From assembly GCA_951406725.2 (NCBI GenBank), contig OX597826.1, positions 62,434,001 through 62,498,000 of the forward strand: a DNA stretch of 64,000 bases, read 5' to 3'. How positions within the stretch are numbered: the stretch's first letter is position 1; each line of letters begins with the position of its first letter. Positions 41,969 through 56,320 of this stretch are shown piece after piece. Under the pieces are notes generated by a model. That model saw only the letters and a list, made by a program, of their open reading frames with translations, made no database searches and had not been told where the DNA came from. Origin of the DNA: Octopus vulgaris (lineage: Eukaryota). A program made the position numbers and the translations under genes.

Positions 41969-43039
41969 GCATATATATACATATATATATATATGTGTGT
42001 ATATATGTCAGTATATATACATATATATATATATGTGTATATATGTCAGTATATATACATATATATTTGTGTGTGCGTATGAATGTATGTACGTATGTGT
42101 GTCGGTATATATTTTTCAACTTTTTTCACTCTCACCTCATGAAAAATGATCAAATAATATTTTACTGTTATTCTTAAGTATCATTATCATCATCATCGTC
42201 GTCATCATTATCACCATTATTAATATCAGCAGCATTAGTATCAGTATCCCCACCACCACCACCATCTTCATCATTATCATCATCACCATCATCATAGGCA
42301 TCATTAATATCTTATTTGTGACTGTAAGCATTCGGACGTATTTTAAGATGGCTAAGAGACAATTGGATTGTTACCAAGATTTACTGGGTGAAATGTAATT
42401 CTAATACCTGAGTTAGACAAAAGATGACTTTTACTCTTAAATTTAGTTGTGTTAGAAATACAAAAAAAAAATATGTCTTTCTATAAAATCTATTCAATAT
42501 TGTATGTTGTAGTAGAGGTTCTGAGGTTCAAATGAGAGAATATTAATGTGCATATCATCACAAAATAATGTGTTGAATTACGAGAAATAAGATAACGATA
42601 ATAAATTTTATGAGTTTGAAATTATAAAAAATTGATATTAAGGCAAAATGATTTACTCGTAAACGCAGCTAATCACAACGGGATACACAAAATTTTATAT
42701 GACGCCAAGAAATATACCAGTATGATAAAATCATTATTTTGACTGCGTTATTAATCGGAGCGTAATTTAAACGTTGCTAAGCGGCGGGAAAAAAATTATT
42801 TCATGGCAGCTGTTTGTCACTGAAAGAAGTGTCACCTTGCCTGTGGGATTTATGCAAGAGCGAACAGAAAACAGGAGGTGACAAGGGATTGGGTTTAAAT
42901 TTCTATAAGAACATACAAGGAATTCGGAGCGTTGTTTCGATCAACATTCTTAATTTTATTAGGGTAGGTATATGGAAGTATATGCTCAAAGGATATATGC
43001 TCACAGGTGACGACGAAGTAATAATTACTACATGGTCTA

Positions 43040-43865
43040 TGCATCACTCTCCTGTCTACTTATACATCGAAACATAAGGTTACCGAAGCAAGAGTCAAGG
43101 TGATGTAGTTGTCTCTTGGGAATTTGTCAGTGGTAACAAATTTGTCTCTTAGGATTTGGGACAGCTTTTCGGGGCAGTGTTGGCTGCAGCTGATAGAAAA
43201 CTTAACAGGAATCAATATAACCGTTCGAAGTTCTGCATGGATATGCTATTTCTAACTGGAACCCCCAAAGACACAAACGTATTTCTGTTTCTAATATTGG
43301 AAGAGAAAGAATAGTCGTAAGAGTTTCACTGGATCGCTGAATACCTGAGTACTACACTGAGACTCTTTGAGAGGTCCCTACATTGTGAAGACTGGAAAAA
43401 ATGGGAATACAAGAATCAGAAAGATCCCAGAATTTACAGTCGCCGATGTGCTACAGGATTCGCTAATGGTTGTAGCGCAGAGAATAGTGAAAGACGTCGG
43501 CTCATAGTTTCTGTAGCTGGTGACCAGGAGTACCCTTGAAGTATTACTGTACTGACTTTTGACAATGAAGAGGATATAAGAAAGAGCAGGGATGGCAAAG
43601 GGTCGCTGACATGGGGAGGAACAGGTATATACTCATTCGAAGAGAAAAAAGTAGCGTCTAATGTTTGCTAACAAGGCTTACTTCTCCCTCCTTAGGAATG
43701 AATGAAACTGCAAGCGAACATATTGGGGATCTGTAAGGATAATTTGGTAAAGATAAATTACAAACTTGCGTAGAGATCAGCTCCGGCTTAGTAGATGATA
43801 CTATAGATATTCTACAAAAGTAAATCAGCTTAAGGGAGGATACAAGGCATTTATCGGCCATTCTA
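43040..43865 (-). mobile_element. Possible highly decayed Ty3/gypsy RT-RNase H remnant
   Basis: Only weak echoes: ADKCLVS...SSTKPELI (DRYPIP...FSKLDL-like) and RQLHHLD (RQLRHLDF-like), in the expected order. Confidence 0.3.
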
Positions 43866-43989
43866 ACACCCCATTTGCAAGATGGTCAAGATCGGGAGCG
43901 TACTTGGTAGTAGCGCCTCACACAGTGCAGTTATTACTCGTCAGTAATATGTATTTTATTTCTACATTAGATATTTCATGACAAAGTCA

Positions 43990-44861
43990 TTCATGATTAA
44001 GACCCCTATTTCCTCGTATCTCTGTTAAATATAATCTGCCTGTGTGAGACCTTGCGTAACCTGAATACTAATATCTTATGTTGTTTTTTCTGTCTAGCTT
44101 TGCTAATTCATTTAGCGTCCAATTGAGTATATAATATCAATAGATTATTACTGGATTTGTACTGCATTGATGTTTACCACTAGATTTGTTTTCTTTTTGC
44201 ATTTACTTCTTTGAAGTATTAAATTAATGCGTCTATAATATTCATTCTTTGATTTTTCTTTCGTTTCAGTGTTATACTATGACGAGTTCATTGATTCTTA
44301 ATTATGTTTACGTCTGTTTGTTGTAATTCTCTTATCTCCGTTTCTTTATTTAGCAAAATATTAGAATTTTAAATTAATTTTACGCTCGCGAAGTTCGTCT
44401 TAGTGCACGTTACTAATCCCAGTCTCATGTGAGTTCCTTTTATAAAGCCGCATACTGTCTGTAATTATGTTTTAGTTGTTGATTGTCTTCAGGGTAATAA
44501 TTTGTGGTCGTCAACGTATAAAAGGTTGTTGATTGTCTTTTCGTAGCATTTATAATTGAGTTCAGTTTCGTTTACAGAGTTTGCAAAATGTCTTAGCACC
44601 ATGCAGAAAAGGAAAGGCGAATGGGAGTCCATTGGGAATAAAGCTCTTTCATTAAAGATACTCTTAGTTTATATATAAATCCTTCTTCGTCTGTTGTTTT
44701 ATATACACATGCCATGTATAGCGTATCTCATCATTGATACCTTATTACTTATAGGTAATATTTCTAGGATCCTCCTCAGGATACTCTGCCAAGTGCTTTT
44801 TGTAATCAGGCCATACTGTAACCAGATTATTTTCCCCATACCCATACTTTCTGTCTCTCTC

Positions 44862-44894
<33 letters not shown>

Positions 44895-45900
44895 TTCCCC
44901 TCTCTCTATCTCTCTCATCTCTCTCTCTCTCTTTCTGCACTCGTTGGTTATTCTTCCGTGGATCAGTGATCGCTCATTTTAACGATATGACTCACTTTTG
45001 ATATTCTATAAAAAAATGATATAATTTTTCATTTCTAAAGATTTATCTATTATCTTCGATATTATTACAGTTAAGGATTTAAAAGCTTTCGGAAGGTCGA
45101 TTATTGGCTTATGTAATTTATAGTCTGCGTTTTCTTTAACATGAGCTAATAAAAATATTTCTCCCCTGCCCCTTTGAACCTCAGTGAACTGTTTCGTTAC
45201 GTGCAGAATTATCTTATTAAATTTCTTGCTTTTTATCTTATGTGTATCTGTTAAATACTTCAACTCGATGTGTGAAGTATTATCGTGTTTTGATGTTTTC
45301 TAAACATTATTTCCTTGTCAGAGTTGCATCTTTTGTTGGCATGTCCTCCAATTATGGTTCGGTTGCTGTGTTTGTTATTTTGAAAACATTGGTCTGTTTG
45401 ATTCCTTCCCCCAGAATTCTTATGCTTTTCTTTCTATTTCTACTGCATTCATTTCTAACGTAGTTCTCAATGAAATCATTTCGAATCCGCGACGAAATCG
45501 TCTTATTGAAAATAATTGTTGTGCCGCTACATAGATAAACACGAATTTATTCTGATTCTTCAATGATCTCCCTTTCAGATGTTCTTTGATTTTCGGGTAC
45601 GTTTTATTGTTATGTTATATTCTATAGTGTTGATCTCTCTTTTCTGTTTACTTGTTTTGTTTCCTATTGACTTCGTTACGTTTAGTGAAATCTCATTTTC
45701 TGTACTTGCTTTACATGCTGTTTTTGATGGCTTTGATATTCTAATATGTGTAAATAACCAGTTTCTTTAATCACTACCATGGCTGCAGCATATGTTATTT
45801 TGTAGCTAATGTAATAGTGGTTTGTTTAACCTGGTAATATCTTTCCGTGCCTATTCTCGTTATATTGATAGCCAAATTCTAATGGGTCCAATAGCACACT
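43990..45900 (-). mobile_element. Decayed R4/Dong-like RT region
   Basis: Minus strand: HKPIIDLPKAFKSLTVIIS (NYRPIT-like), DSHSPFLFC, INNLLYVDDHKL (catalytic YxDD), NEYYRRINLIL, NWTLNELAKLDRKT, GRLYL. Interrupted by (CT)n at 44849-44935; the 5' boundary is approximate. Confidence 0.75.
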
Positions 45901-48485
45901 TCACATTCTATAAACCTTCATTATAAAGCATCATTCAGCAGGGTCACAAGTGGACAATTTCGTTCGCAGAACCTACATTAGACCTTCTTTATTAGTGAAG
46001 AGTTCACGCCTCAAGTGTCTTAAAACATACTTTTAAAATTGCTTTACATGCGAATAAATAAACTTCTATTACGCATTTCCCTTTCATTGGTGTAGTGCGA
46101 ATGAACTGATCAAAAATCTTGAAGCTTCTATAAATTACAGGGACCACAATATTCAGCGAACTCTCATGATATATAAATACCGGAAGACTGAATTAAAATA
46201 TAATTACCATTACGATACACGGTACATTCTCATTCAGCGCACCTTATATGTGTTTCGTCCAAAGTATTAACATTACGTCTACTTCTTCATATGTTATTTC
46301 ATATGTATCCTCTCAGCTTCTTCCCACATTAGACGTTTCACTAAAACCTGAATTCTCAAAGTAAACAGGAGCTTCATTGCTGCCAAATATCATCGAATCC
46401 ACACCTTTTTTGTCTTACAACCAGCAACAACTATGTACCCCTTTAAGCACACATTTATCTCAGACACTGATTCCAAAATTCCAAACCGAACTTAAATAAC
46501 ACTGGCTCTTTTGCTCTTGTCTAAAATCGATATACGTTCTTAGATACTTTGTCGGACTAATCATTGCAAAAGAATGTTACCTAATTCAGCCATGATGGCA
46601 GCGAGCTGGCAGAGTCATTAGCACGTCGGATAAAATGTTTGGCAGCATTTCGTCCGGCACTTTACGTTTTATGTTCAAATCCTATGGTTTAAACTTCGCT
46701 TTTCACGCCTTTCATTCGTTCGAGGTCGATGTAATCGACTTGTCTCCTCTTAAATTCGCCGTCCTTGAAATATGCCAGGAAATGACTTCCTGTTCGAAGG
46801 AAATGTTGAGATGTCGGTGACGTACATGCTGTGGACTCCAGGTAACCGGCCTTATGTCCTGGGACTCGAGAAACATAAAGTAAAGACACAGACATAATAA
46901 TACTAATATTATAATACATAATAATATAAATATGTTTATATGGACGCCCAGATTTCACTAATATTATTTCCCCCCCCACTTCCAGTGTATATAAGACAAC
47001 GTTGGCACGTTGTTATGAACAGATTCGAAACCAAACCTAAATACTACAATGGCAGTCAACCTCTTTAACAAGACTGCTAATCCAATATAAAATGCAATGT
47101 CTTTTCTATTCACAATTTCCTCATATAATTGTTACACAGCCTTCAGCATCTACACAGCTTTAGTAATAAAGAACTATTGATAATCCTCGCATTCAAGAAA
47201 TTTAATGCTAATTTAATGTCAGTTACAATACAAAATTGAGAAATGATTTTTCTCATTTTACCCTCGAGTAAAATTCTGGTTTTGTTAAAAAGTTATTGAA
47301 TTCTTAGTCAGACTCAAGAACAAACGTTTGTATGAAGTAACAGTAAATTGAATTTGAATAAGCCACATAATATCCGGACGATAAAATGACTAACAGTGCA
47401 GTTCTGTGTTTGATTTAATCGATTATTCCACCATTTCCAGGCCTAAAATAGTATAGATAATAGGTACCGTTGACCAACGAAATATCAAGTGATTTTCTAT
47501 ATTGTGGCTAAATAAATACTTATTAGTTATTCGAGAAATGAGGATAATCATTTTAATTGGTTAAATATTTTAGTTCGTCCTGTTTACAAAGTACAAAGTA
47601 AAATATTTTGGAAGGAGAAAACCGAAGCCGTCACATACAAGTGAGTTTGAATTGTTATGTTATTGCCAGAAATTTCGAGGGGTGAGTAAGACGATTACAT
47701 CGGATTCAGTGCTCAGGTGGATAAATCTTTATCGACCCCGAAAGGATGAAAGGCAAAGCCGACGCCGATGGAATTTGAACTTAGAACGGACGAAATGCCG
47801 CTAAGCTGTGCTGGCTGTATTTATTGTTTCATATTTTATTACGTCTGATGCGATGGAAGTAAAATGTGTTTGAGAGGGTAGAACGAAAAATATACGAAAA
47901 TCTATATAGTATGAGGTAATGCTAAGCATTAACTGACTGAGGGCTACGCCAAGTATTCGTATCTTCAAACTTGTGTGCGTGTGTGTGTGTGTGTGTGTGG
48001 TGTGTCTGTGTGTGTGTGTTACTTTAAACTATGCATTATCCAAAAGCTCATTAGGAATGTCAACAACATTGAATGAAAGCCAATTGAAAATATTCACATA
48101 TAATTTCTACACTAATTAAATATAAAAGAAATTTATTTCAAAGAAGGAAAATATATTCAGCCAATATTTAAAACTAGAAAATTTATGCCAAGAAAATTTT
48201 TCGCACAAACAGAATTTGATACATTGTTTATTCCTTACAAAACTCTGCCTCGAAAACACAACGTCAACATATTTATTGCAATAACATAGATTTCGCATAA
48301 AGATATCACTGAATAATCTCTCTCTCTCTCTTAAGCTCTTAAGCTCTTACTTTCTCTGTTTCTATCTCTCTTTCTCTCTCTTTATCTATCTATCTATACA
48401 CACATATATGCAGCTGAACACACAGGGGCAAAACAAGGTGGTAAAAATGGTACTCTAATACCGAAGGTAGAGTAATATGCATTGT

Positions 48486-48695
48486 TATTTAAGCTTCAGA
48501 ATTATCACAGGACTCTTACTCAGTGTCTCACGTTCCCGTTCGGACAGTTGTGATAAACACTGAATTGAAATTGTGATTGAATAACATAACAGTATATTAC
48601 ATGCACAATCACGATTTTAATTACAGCATTCATCACAACTATCCAACGAACGGGAATGTAAAATTCTGAGTAGCAGTTTTGTAGCTTTAATAATA
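48486..48695. repeat. Inverted pair of degenerate hammerhead-like motifs (family 4)
   Basis: Plus 48637-48678: aactat-ccaacga-acg[ggaa]tgt-aaaa-ttctgag-TA-gcagtt. Minus 48511-48549: aactgt-ccga-acg[ggaa]cgt-gaga-cactgag-TA-agagtc. Confidence 0.5.
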
Positions 48696-49551
48696 GGTGT
48701 GTGTGTGTGTGTGTGTGTATGTGTGTGTGTTTGTGTGTGTGTGTATGCATATGTATTTGTATATATACAAAAAACAGTAGGACAAAAACATGGACAACAA
48801 AACCCAGACACACGATACAAAGAAAACAATTCGGAGTTTTCTTTCCTAAGTCGAGTTCCAGAATTTCCACTGGTTATACTCGACATTTCTCCAATCTGGC
48901 CAACCCCAAGTAAAAACTAAGTTACGATCATTAGATTTCTTGGAAGAAAGCAGCGAATGTATACGAAAACAAAGACGGAAAAAACGGAGAAATACAAATG
49001 CAAATAATAGGACATAACAACAGGTGTCTTTCGACTAAGGACGAATTAATTTAAGCTGGCTTGTGTGGAAGTACAGCCTTGCGGCAGGGATATAAATTTT
49101 GACAGGCACAGGGAGGAATATAGACGTTGCACGGATGGTAGTCGAAACACAAAAGAAAGGTCAGGCTTGGCCGAACACCGGTCACGTAGGGAGTGAAGAG
49201 AGAAAGGTAGAGGTAGAGGAATAGAGGAATTAAGGAGGGGCGAGAAAGAATGAAAGGCACACAGTGAAGTGAAGGAGGAGGGAAAGTGACCAGTAAGAGA
49301 AGACCAAGAAATGTGAGAGAGGGGGAACGAAAGAACGAAGAGTGGAATGAATGAAGTAAGTGAGAAAGAGCTGATAGAAAGGCGGAAAGAATGACAGAAT
49401 AGGCAGAATAATAAAGTCGTACAAAATTTACATCATATATATATATATATATATATACTTATATACATATATCATACGCAAATAAGTATGTGTTATGTAT
49501 GCATATACAATAAACGCACACACACACATATATATATACACATATGTATAT

Positions 49552-49598
<47 letters not shown>

Positions 49599-49672
49599 GC
49601 TAACCTCTGCACGCATTTTTTTTCTCTCCTTTTTTTCTCTCCTTGTTTCTCTCCGTGTTTCTTTTCTGTGTA

Positions 49673-49710
49673 TCTTTCTGTTGAAGAGCGTAGGCTCGAA
49701 ACGTAAAAGA
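49673..49710 (+). ncRNA. Minimal type I hammerhead-like motif with CUGUUGA core variant, family 3
   Basis: tcttt-CTGTTGA-a-gagc[gtag]gctc-GAAA-cg-TA-aaaga. Helices I and II are perfect with an ACGT palindrome. It lies in a ~210-bp insert (49597-49808) flanked by TA repeats. Confidence 0.7.
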
Positions 49711-50452
49711 CTTGTTTTATTTATATTCCTGAGCGCCATACTAATACAATTGTTTGTTTGTATTCCACCTGTCTCCGTCTTTTGTTTATTTTCATAAAGC
49801 TTCCCGTTATATATACATATGTATGTATGTATGTATGTGTGTTTGCGTTTCTAATTTGTAGACTTTTTACTTAAACATATTTTTAAAGATTTATTAACAT
49901 ACGAGCGTCTGTCACACAGTAATACAAGTAAAAGCTACATTACTTCACTTTTCCCTCTCGTATAATAAAATGGGAGGAGAATTCATTAGCTTTAATACTA
50001 CCTTTTGACAAAACGATATGGGGAATAATTCAGGAAATTGTTTAAGGAGAATGTAAACAATCAGGTATGGGGGTTTCTAATAGATTTTGGTTCTATTAGA
50101 ACCGTTTCAAGAAAAGAAAATTCGACACGTTCCTCCCTACCAAATCTTACAAAGGCTATAAAAATGATATATAGTGTTAGTGTGTAAATTAATCATTGAT
50201 TAAACAATCAAAAATAATATACAAATTGGCAAGTATCCCAAAATGATTTCGGACTTGTTAACTTATAAAAGAAGTGAGACCGAAATATCATTTAATCATA
50301 TTGAAATAGAAGTGCTGGGTGGTAAAATGAGTAATTAACACTAAATGCAGTTCTTGACAAGCAGGCGAGGGGGAATTTTCGTAAGTCCAATCAATAAAAA
50401 AAGCAGATATCCTCTGCATGTAGAAAATATAGTAAAGTGCTGTCTAATACAT

Positions 50453-50502
<50 letters not shown>

Positions 50503-50524
50503 ATATGTATATATGTAGATGTAA

Positions 50525-50619
<95 letters not shown>

Positions 50620-51305
50620 TATGTGGACACAGGACATCACGAAAAGTGTATAACAAAAAATACGAAGTGCAAGTACGAGGAATATTAACCATCTTTTAAA
50701 CAAAAAAAAGACATATGGAAAACAAGACAAACAACATAAAGAATTACCCTCCATCACTTGTTGGTTGTTTTTCTACTCTCGTATTTCGAGCATTTAACAA
50801 CAATATACGCTTTCGATACAACAGCTGCTTCCGCAAAGAAAATGAAATAAAATTTGGGATTTTGCGGAGGGTCACTATTGGTAACATAAACAGGACAGTG
50901 AAAACAAACAGGAATGGCTGCTAAGCCTACAAGTGGTTGTGGTGGCGAACGCGTAAATCAAGCTTGGGCAGGAGAGAGACAAAAACACGTCTTCCTTGTT
51001 CCAGCTACAACGGAGAGAATGATAGAAACACAAGTTAGGAGAAGAAAGAAAGATTGCCGATGGTCACAAATACACACACGTAAATATACACATATATACG
51101 AGAGCGTCTTGTAGTTTTCATTCGCCAATTCCACTCACAGGGGTCTGGTTGATCCGAGGGTATAGTAGAAGACTCCGGCCGAAAGAGCCACGTCGTTTGA
51201 CTGGAACCGGAACCATTTTATTGGGAAAGTATAAAAACATGTCCTTGTATGCACAGGTATTGACACACACAGATATATATGTATGTGTTTGTGTAAATAG
51301 ACCTA

Positions 51306-51359
<54 letters not shown>

Positions 51360-51647
51360 TATATACATATACATACGCAATAAAATGTGCATACACTTAC
51401 ACATGCGTATGTGACCGGTTGTGTTTGTATTTGAGGAAGTACTTTTGAAAGACTTAATCGCTATATGAAAAAATGACAGATTACATGTAAATAAAACGGA
51501 TAGATATATAGATAGATAGATAGATAGATATAGGTTAGCTTAATATACGTATATATACACATATACACATACATATACTTCAATATATATGCATTTATAA
51601 ACATATATGTCTACCCATATAAATTTATATTTGTGCGTGTGAGTACG

Positions 51648-51703
<56 letters not shown>

Positions 51704-53526
51704 GTTTGTACATATGTATGTGTGCGTGCGCGTGCATGAATATTCACAGATCTGTTTGTACTTATTTGTACGTATATAATACGTCTTTCTTCAAATGGCG
51801 TACAAATGCGTGTTGCAGTACGTTTATATTTGTTTCTGTGTGTGCATGCATTTGCATTTTGTGGCCAGTTTTGGGCAACTGGTTCCTATTTTATATTTCT
51901 CAGTATTTTTATTCACCATTTAAAATTGTTTTTAAAAAATACATTTCATTAAACTGAATTCAACAATACGAATATATCTGTGTTAGCTCAAAAGCGCAAA
52001 CTACATCTTTGTTATGATTGTGACACTGAAAAAGAATACAATAAAACAAACTATAAAGTATAAACAATAAATTATTTCCTACGTCGAACAATTAATAGCT
52101 TTGTTGTCAAAGTGTTTGTAACTCTCATTTATTTCTAAATTTAGTTTGTTATTTTTGTTTAAATCGCTATAAATTCAATAAATATTACTTGTTTTATGGA
52201 GCATAAGGGTTTGTATTTCATGCTTCTAAACTAAACCGAACAGATTAGATTTTGAAATATAAATTTACTCCTCGCTAAAAGGTTACAATCAAGCATCGTA
52301 CTCGAATCAATCATTATGGAAGACATAATTTTAGTGTAAAAGTGACAATACTACAAGTATATTTCAATTTCATTGTATAAACTATTCTTGCCTGGCGTCT
52401 CTAATGATAAAAGTTTCGTCATTGCTTGAAGGGAAAATGGCAAATAAACAATATTCTGATCGAAGAGGAGGAAATGAAAGATGGCGGTATACGGTGTTTT
52501 CATGTCGGTAAGCAACGAGAGGAATGTATGGGTCACGTGTTATGATTGTGATGATGTGAGCTGTTAGTCGGTTGGTTGGCTGGCTGGCTGGCTGGCTGGT
52601 TGGTTGGTTTGGTTGGTTGCGAGGAATGCAATGGATAGATTTTGATTGGAAATGAGTGACGTGGTGGTTAGATTTAGATGTGTTAATGGAAGGTGATGAA
52701 ATTAGACATGACTGGAATTATGTGCCCCTATGTGTGTGTGTGTGTGTGTGTGTGAGTATTTGTGTGCTTGTGTGTGAGAGAGAGGGAAAGAGAAAGAGAG
52801 ATAGAAAGGGAGAGCGTACAGTCGCAATTGTACATATATTGCGGAGATAGAATGGAAATGGATATGTAACAAGAACTTAATGAAAAATTGACTTAGTAAT
52901 ATGATAGTGGCGGTCATGATGTGATGATGATCGTGGCGATTATGATGATGATATTGATGACGATGACGATGACGACGACGACGACGATGATGATGATGAT
53001 GTTGCTGGTAGTAGTATTGGTTGTGGTGGTAGTGGTGGAAGTGGTGATCGTCGTCATTGTGATTATGTTGACGTCGTTGGTGATTGATGATCAAGATGGC
53101 GACGCAGCGTGGTATGTCACAGAATGCAACACAGAAAGGGAATGTGAAATGGTGTTGGAGAGGAAGGTGTTGTGAGACAAGAAATGGAGATAATGAAGGG
53201 AATATTTGAGGGAAGTGTGTGGCCGAAGCAAAGGAGAAGCAAAGGAGAGCAAGGTTTTTCGTAGACTAATAAGTTGGTAAGGAGACAAATCTACGACGGC
53301 GAACAAGATTGGAGAGGAAAGAAATCAATACAACGTGTAAATATCGTTGCTGGAAAATTGAGAACTTCAGGACTATTCAGGGATGATTGTCGGAAAGTAG
53401 TGAACGGATATAGATTTGGGGGAAAACTAGTTAATGCCTAAATGTACGTTAATGGTGGATCGAAACAGGAATGGAGGAAAAGCCGGAGAGGAGGAAGAAT
53501 AAGAAGAAAAAGAAGTGAAAGAAACC

Positions 53527-53574
<48 letters not shown>

Positions 53575-53678
53575 TGCCCCACCACCAGTACTTGTGGTAG
53601 TAGTAGTAGTAGTAGTGGTAGTAGCAGCAGCACCAGTACAAGTAGTAGTAGCTGCAGCAGCATTAGTACTAGTAGTAC

Positions 53679-53745
<67 letters not shown>

Positions 53746-54074
53746 TGTAGTAGTAGTTGTAGCACCACCAACAGTACTGGTGGTGGTAGTAGTAGTAGTA
53801 ATAGTAGTAGTAGTAGTAGTAGTAGTAGTAATGGTAATGGTGTTGGTGGTGGAGATGGTGTCAATGGTGGTGGGGTTTGGAATAGTAGTGGCTGCAGGAG
53901 TTGGCGCTGGTGATGGTGGTAGTGGTAGTAGATTTAGCGTAAATATTAGTCGTAGTAGTGATATGAGTAATGCTGGAAGTGGAAAAATATTATAAATACA
54001 CCTATTACTACAAGCATTGATACAGATAACAACAACCATAATACTAATACTAACGATAATTATAATTATAGTGA

Positions 54075-54476
54075 TTTCAAATTTTGGCACAAGGCCAGCA
54101 GTTTTGGAAAGGAGGGTGACTCGATTACAATGGCGCCCAGTGTTCAGATTGTACTTATTTTATCGACCCTGAGGGGATGAAAGGCTAAGTTGACTTCGGC
54201 GGAATTTGAACTCAGATCGTAGCGGCAGACGAAATACCTATTTCTTTACTGCCCACAAGGGGCTACACACAGAGGAGACAAACAAGTACAGACAAACGGA
54301 TTAAGTCGATTATATGATTATATCGACCCCAGTGCGTAACTGGTGCTTATTTAATCGACCCCGAAAGTATGAAAGGCAAAGTCAACCTCAGCGGAATTTG
54401 AACTCAAAACGTAGCGGCAGACGAAATACCGCTAGGCATTTCGCCCGGCGTACTAACTTTTCTGCCAGCTCGCCGC
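54075..54476 (-). mobile_element. Tandem (dimeric) SINE family A
   Basis: The block atcgaccc...gaaaggc.aagt..ac.tc.gcggaatttgaactca...cgtagcggcagacgaaatacc is present twice (about 54162-54238 and 54354-54430); head gcggcgagctggcagaa on the minus strand. Confidence 0.85.
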
Positions 54477-54495
54477 TTTAATAATAATAATTATG

Positions 54496-54560
<65 letters not shown>

Positions 54561-54578
54561 TATAATGATCATAATGAT

Positions 54579-54662
<84 letters not shown>

Positions 54663-54734
54663 AAGCAGCAGCAGTAGTCTTGTTATCGTTATTATGGAAA
54701 AGCTAGTACCTGCTGCTTTAATTGAAGATGTTAT

Positions 54735-55560
54735 CTAGTAATTTGGTGACAACAAGTCTCACTTGAAATCCCTGCTGTGTTGCTTAATATTTTATAAGAA
54801 TTACAAGATAGCATTGTCAGCAATTCCAGAATATGTCTCAATAGCAATATCCTTCAGCCACTTTAATAGCTGTCTGAATGTTTCATCAAGTGCCAGTTTC
54901 CATATGAAGAACGTTCACTTTTCTAATTCACAATTTCTGCCTCACTCTAATGATGTTTCTCAATCTTTTCAGTCACTTTCATATCCAATTTACAATTATA
55001 CCAGATGGCAAAGTTAATGACTTTTGAATATTTGTTGCTTTTTTTCTATCTTTCACCATCACATCAGTTCCTTTGGCTTCTATACAATCGTCAATCTCCT
55101 TGGAGATACCTTAAAATCCTTAATATCTTTAAGTTACAATTAACCACAGCAATCCCCAGTTCGTGTTTACATTAGTTTTCTGTCACTTGAAATCTACAAA
55201 CCTTTTCATACCATATTGAACTCTTTAACTCACACAGTCGTATCTGCTTTTATAGTCTTTTTATGCAAACCTAATCTTATACCTTTGAAGGTAATAAATA
55301 TTTTCGCTCCCTATCCCAAGTACTCAACATTTGGCTTCAGAGAGTGGCAAATCTTTACACTTATAAAATCTAGTTTAATAGCGATTTCCTGAAGGGCTAT
55401 ATTTTAAAAATTCATTCACACTTTCCCGGTTTCAATTTCATACCTACTAACAGCGTTACTCATTCCTAAATTCTTCCATTTGTTAAGTTAATTCGTCGTG
55501 CATTGCTTTCGATTTCCAACTATGTTCTCTAGAAGTTTCTATCTTTGAAATCTCACACAT
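54735..55560 (-). mobile_element. Very decayed non-LTR retrotransposon 3' region (probably R4/Dong-like)
   Basis: Only weak coding-like echoes (GIRLGLHK, ELLTMLS), position between trinucleotide tracts, and a 3' UTR-like end. No clean motif. Confidence 0.3.
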
Positions 55561-55626
55561 TTTCATAATTTTCTTCGACATTTATTGCTGCAAATGTTCG
55601 TGTTCTTGTAGAAAGGATTATTATTG

Positions 55627-55677
<51 letters not shown>

Positions 55678-55743
55678 GCATTATCATCATCATCATCATT
55701 ATCATCATCATCATCATCATCATCATCATTATCATCATCATCA

Positions 55744-55798
<55 letters not shown>

Positions 55799-55804
55799 TC
55801 TTAT

Positions 55805-56143
55805 TGAGTGAGAGAACAGTGCATGCCATCAAAGTGACACTGGGGTAAAATATACGAAGCCTAGTATACCCATCATGACTACCCGTCTGATAAGGGTACA
55901 CTAGGCACATGCATCACAACCATATGTGCGCGACATGGTGATCTCATATCAAGATAAACAGCACATGAACTTGCAGGTGGGCCCCAGTTAGAATTTTCTT
56001 CTGGTCGAGTAACACATCCCACTCAGAGATGCATATATCGTCAGCTCAACTGGTTACGGTCAAACAACTGACAAGCAAATCTGTGGTATTGAGCAGAATA
56101 TTTGCTGTAGCCCAAAACAATGTACATGATAACACTTCCAATC
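55805..56143 (-). mobile_element. Family C non-coding element inserted in (TAA)n
   Basis: Homologous to 31996-32146 and 63687-63955; (ATT)n on both sides; minus-strand end ...ctctcactc followed by aataagaatagt and (AAT)n. Confidence 0.8.
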
Positions 56144-56216
<73 letters not shown>

Positions 56217-56231
56217 TCATCATCATCATCA

Positions 56232-56320
<89 letters not shown>

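Noticed and set aside
50745-50830. Minus-strand GAAA and TGATGG motifs suggesting a type II/III hammerhead
   Set aside because: Core bases are altered and the required helices could not be formed.
53449-54090. Mucin-like Thr/Ser-rich ORFs
   Set aside because: Derived from (TAG)/(TGG) microsatellite mosaics, and one start lies within a SINE tail.
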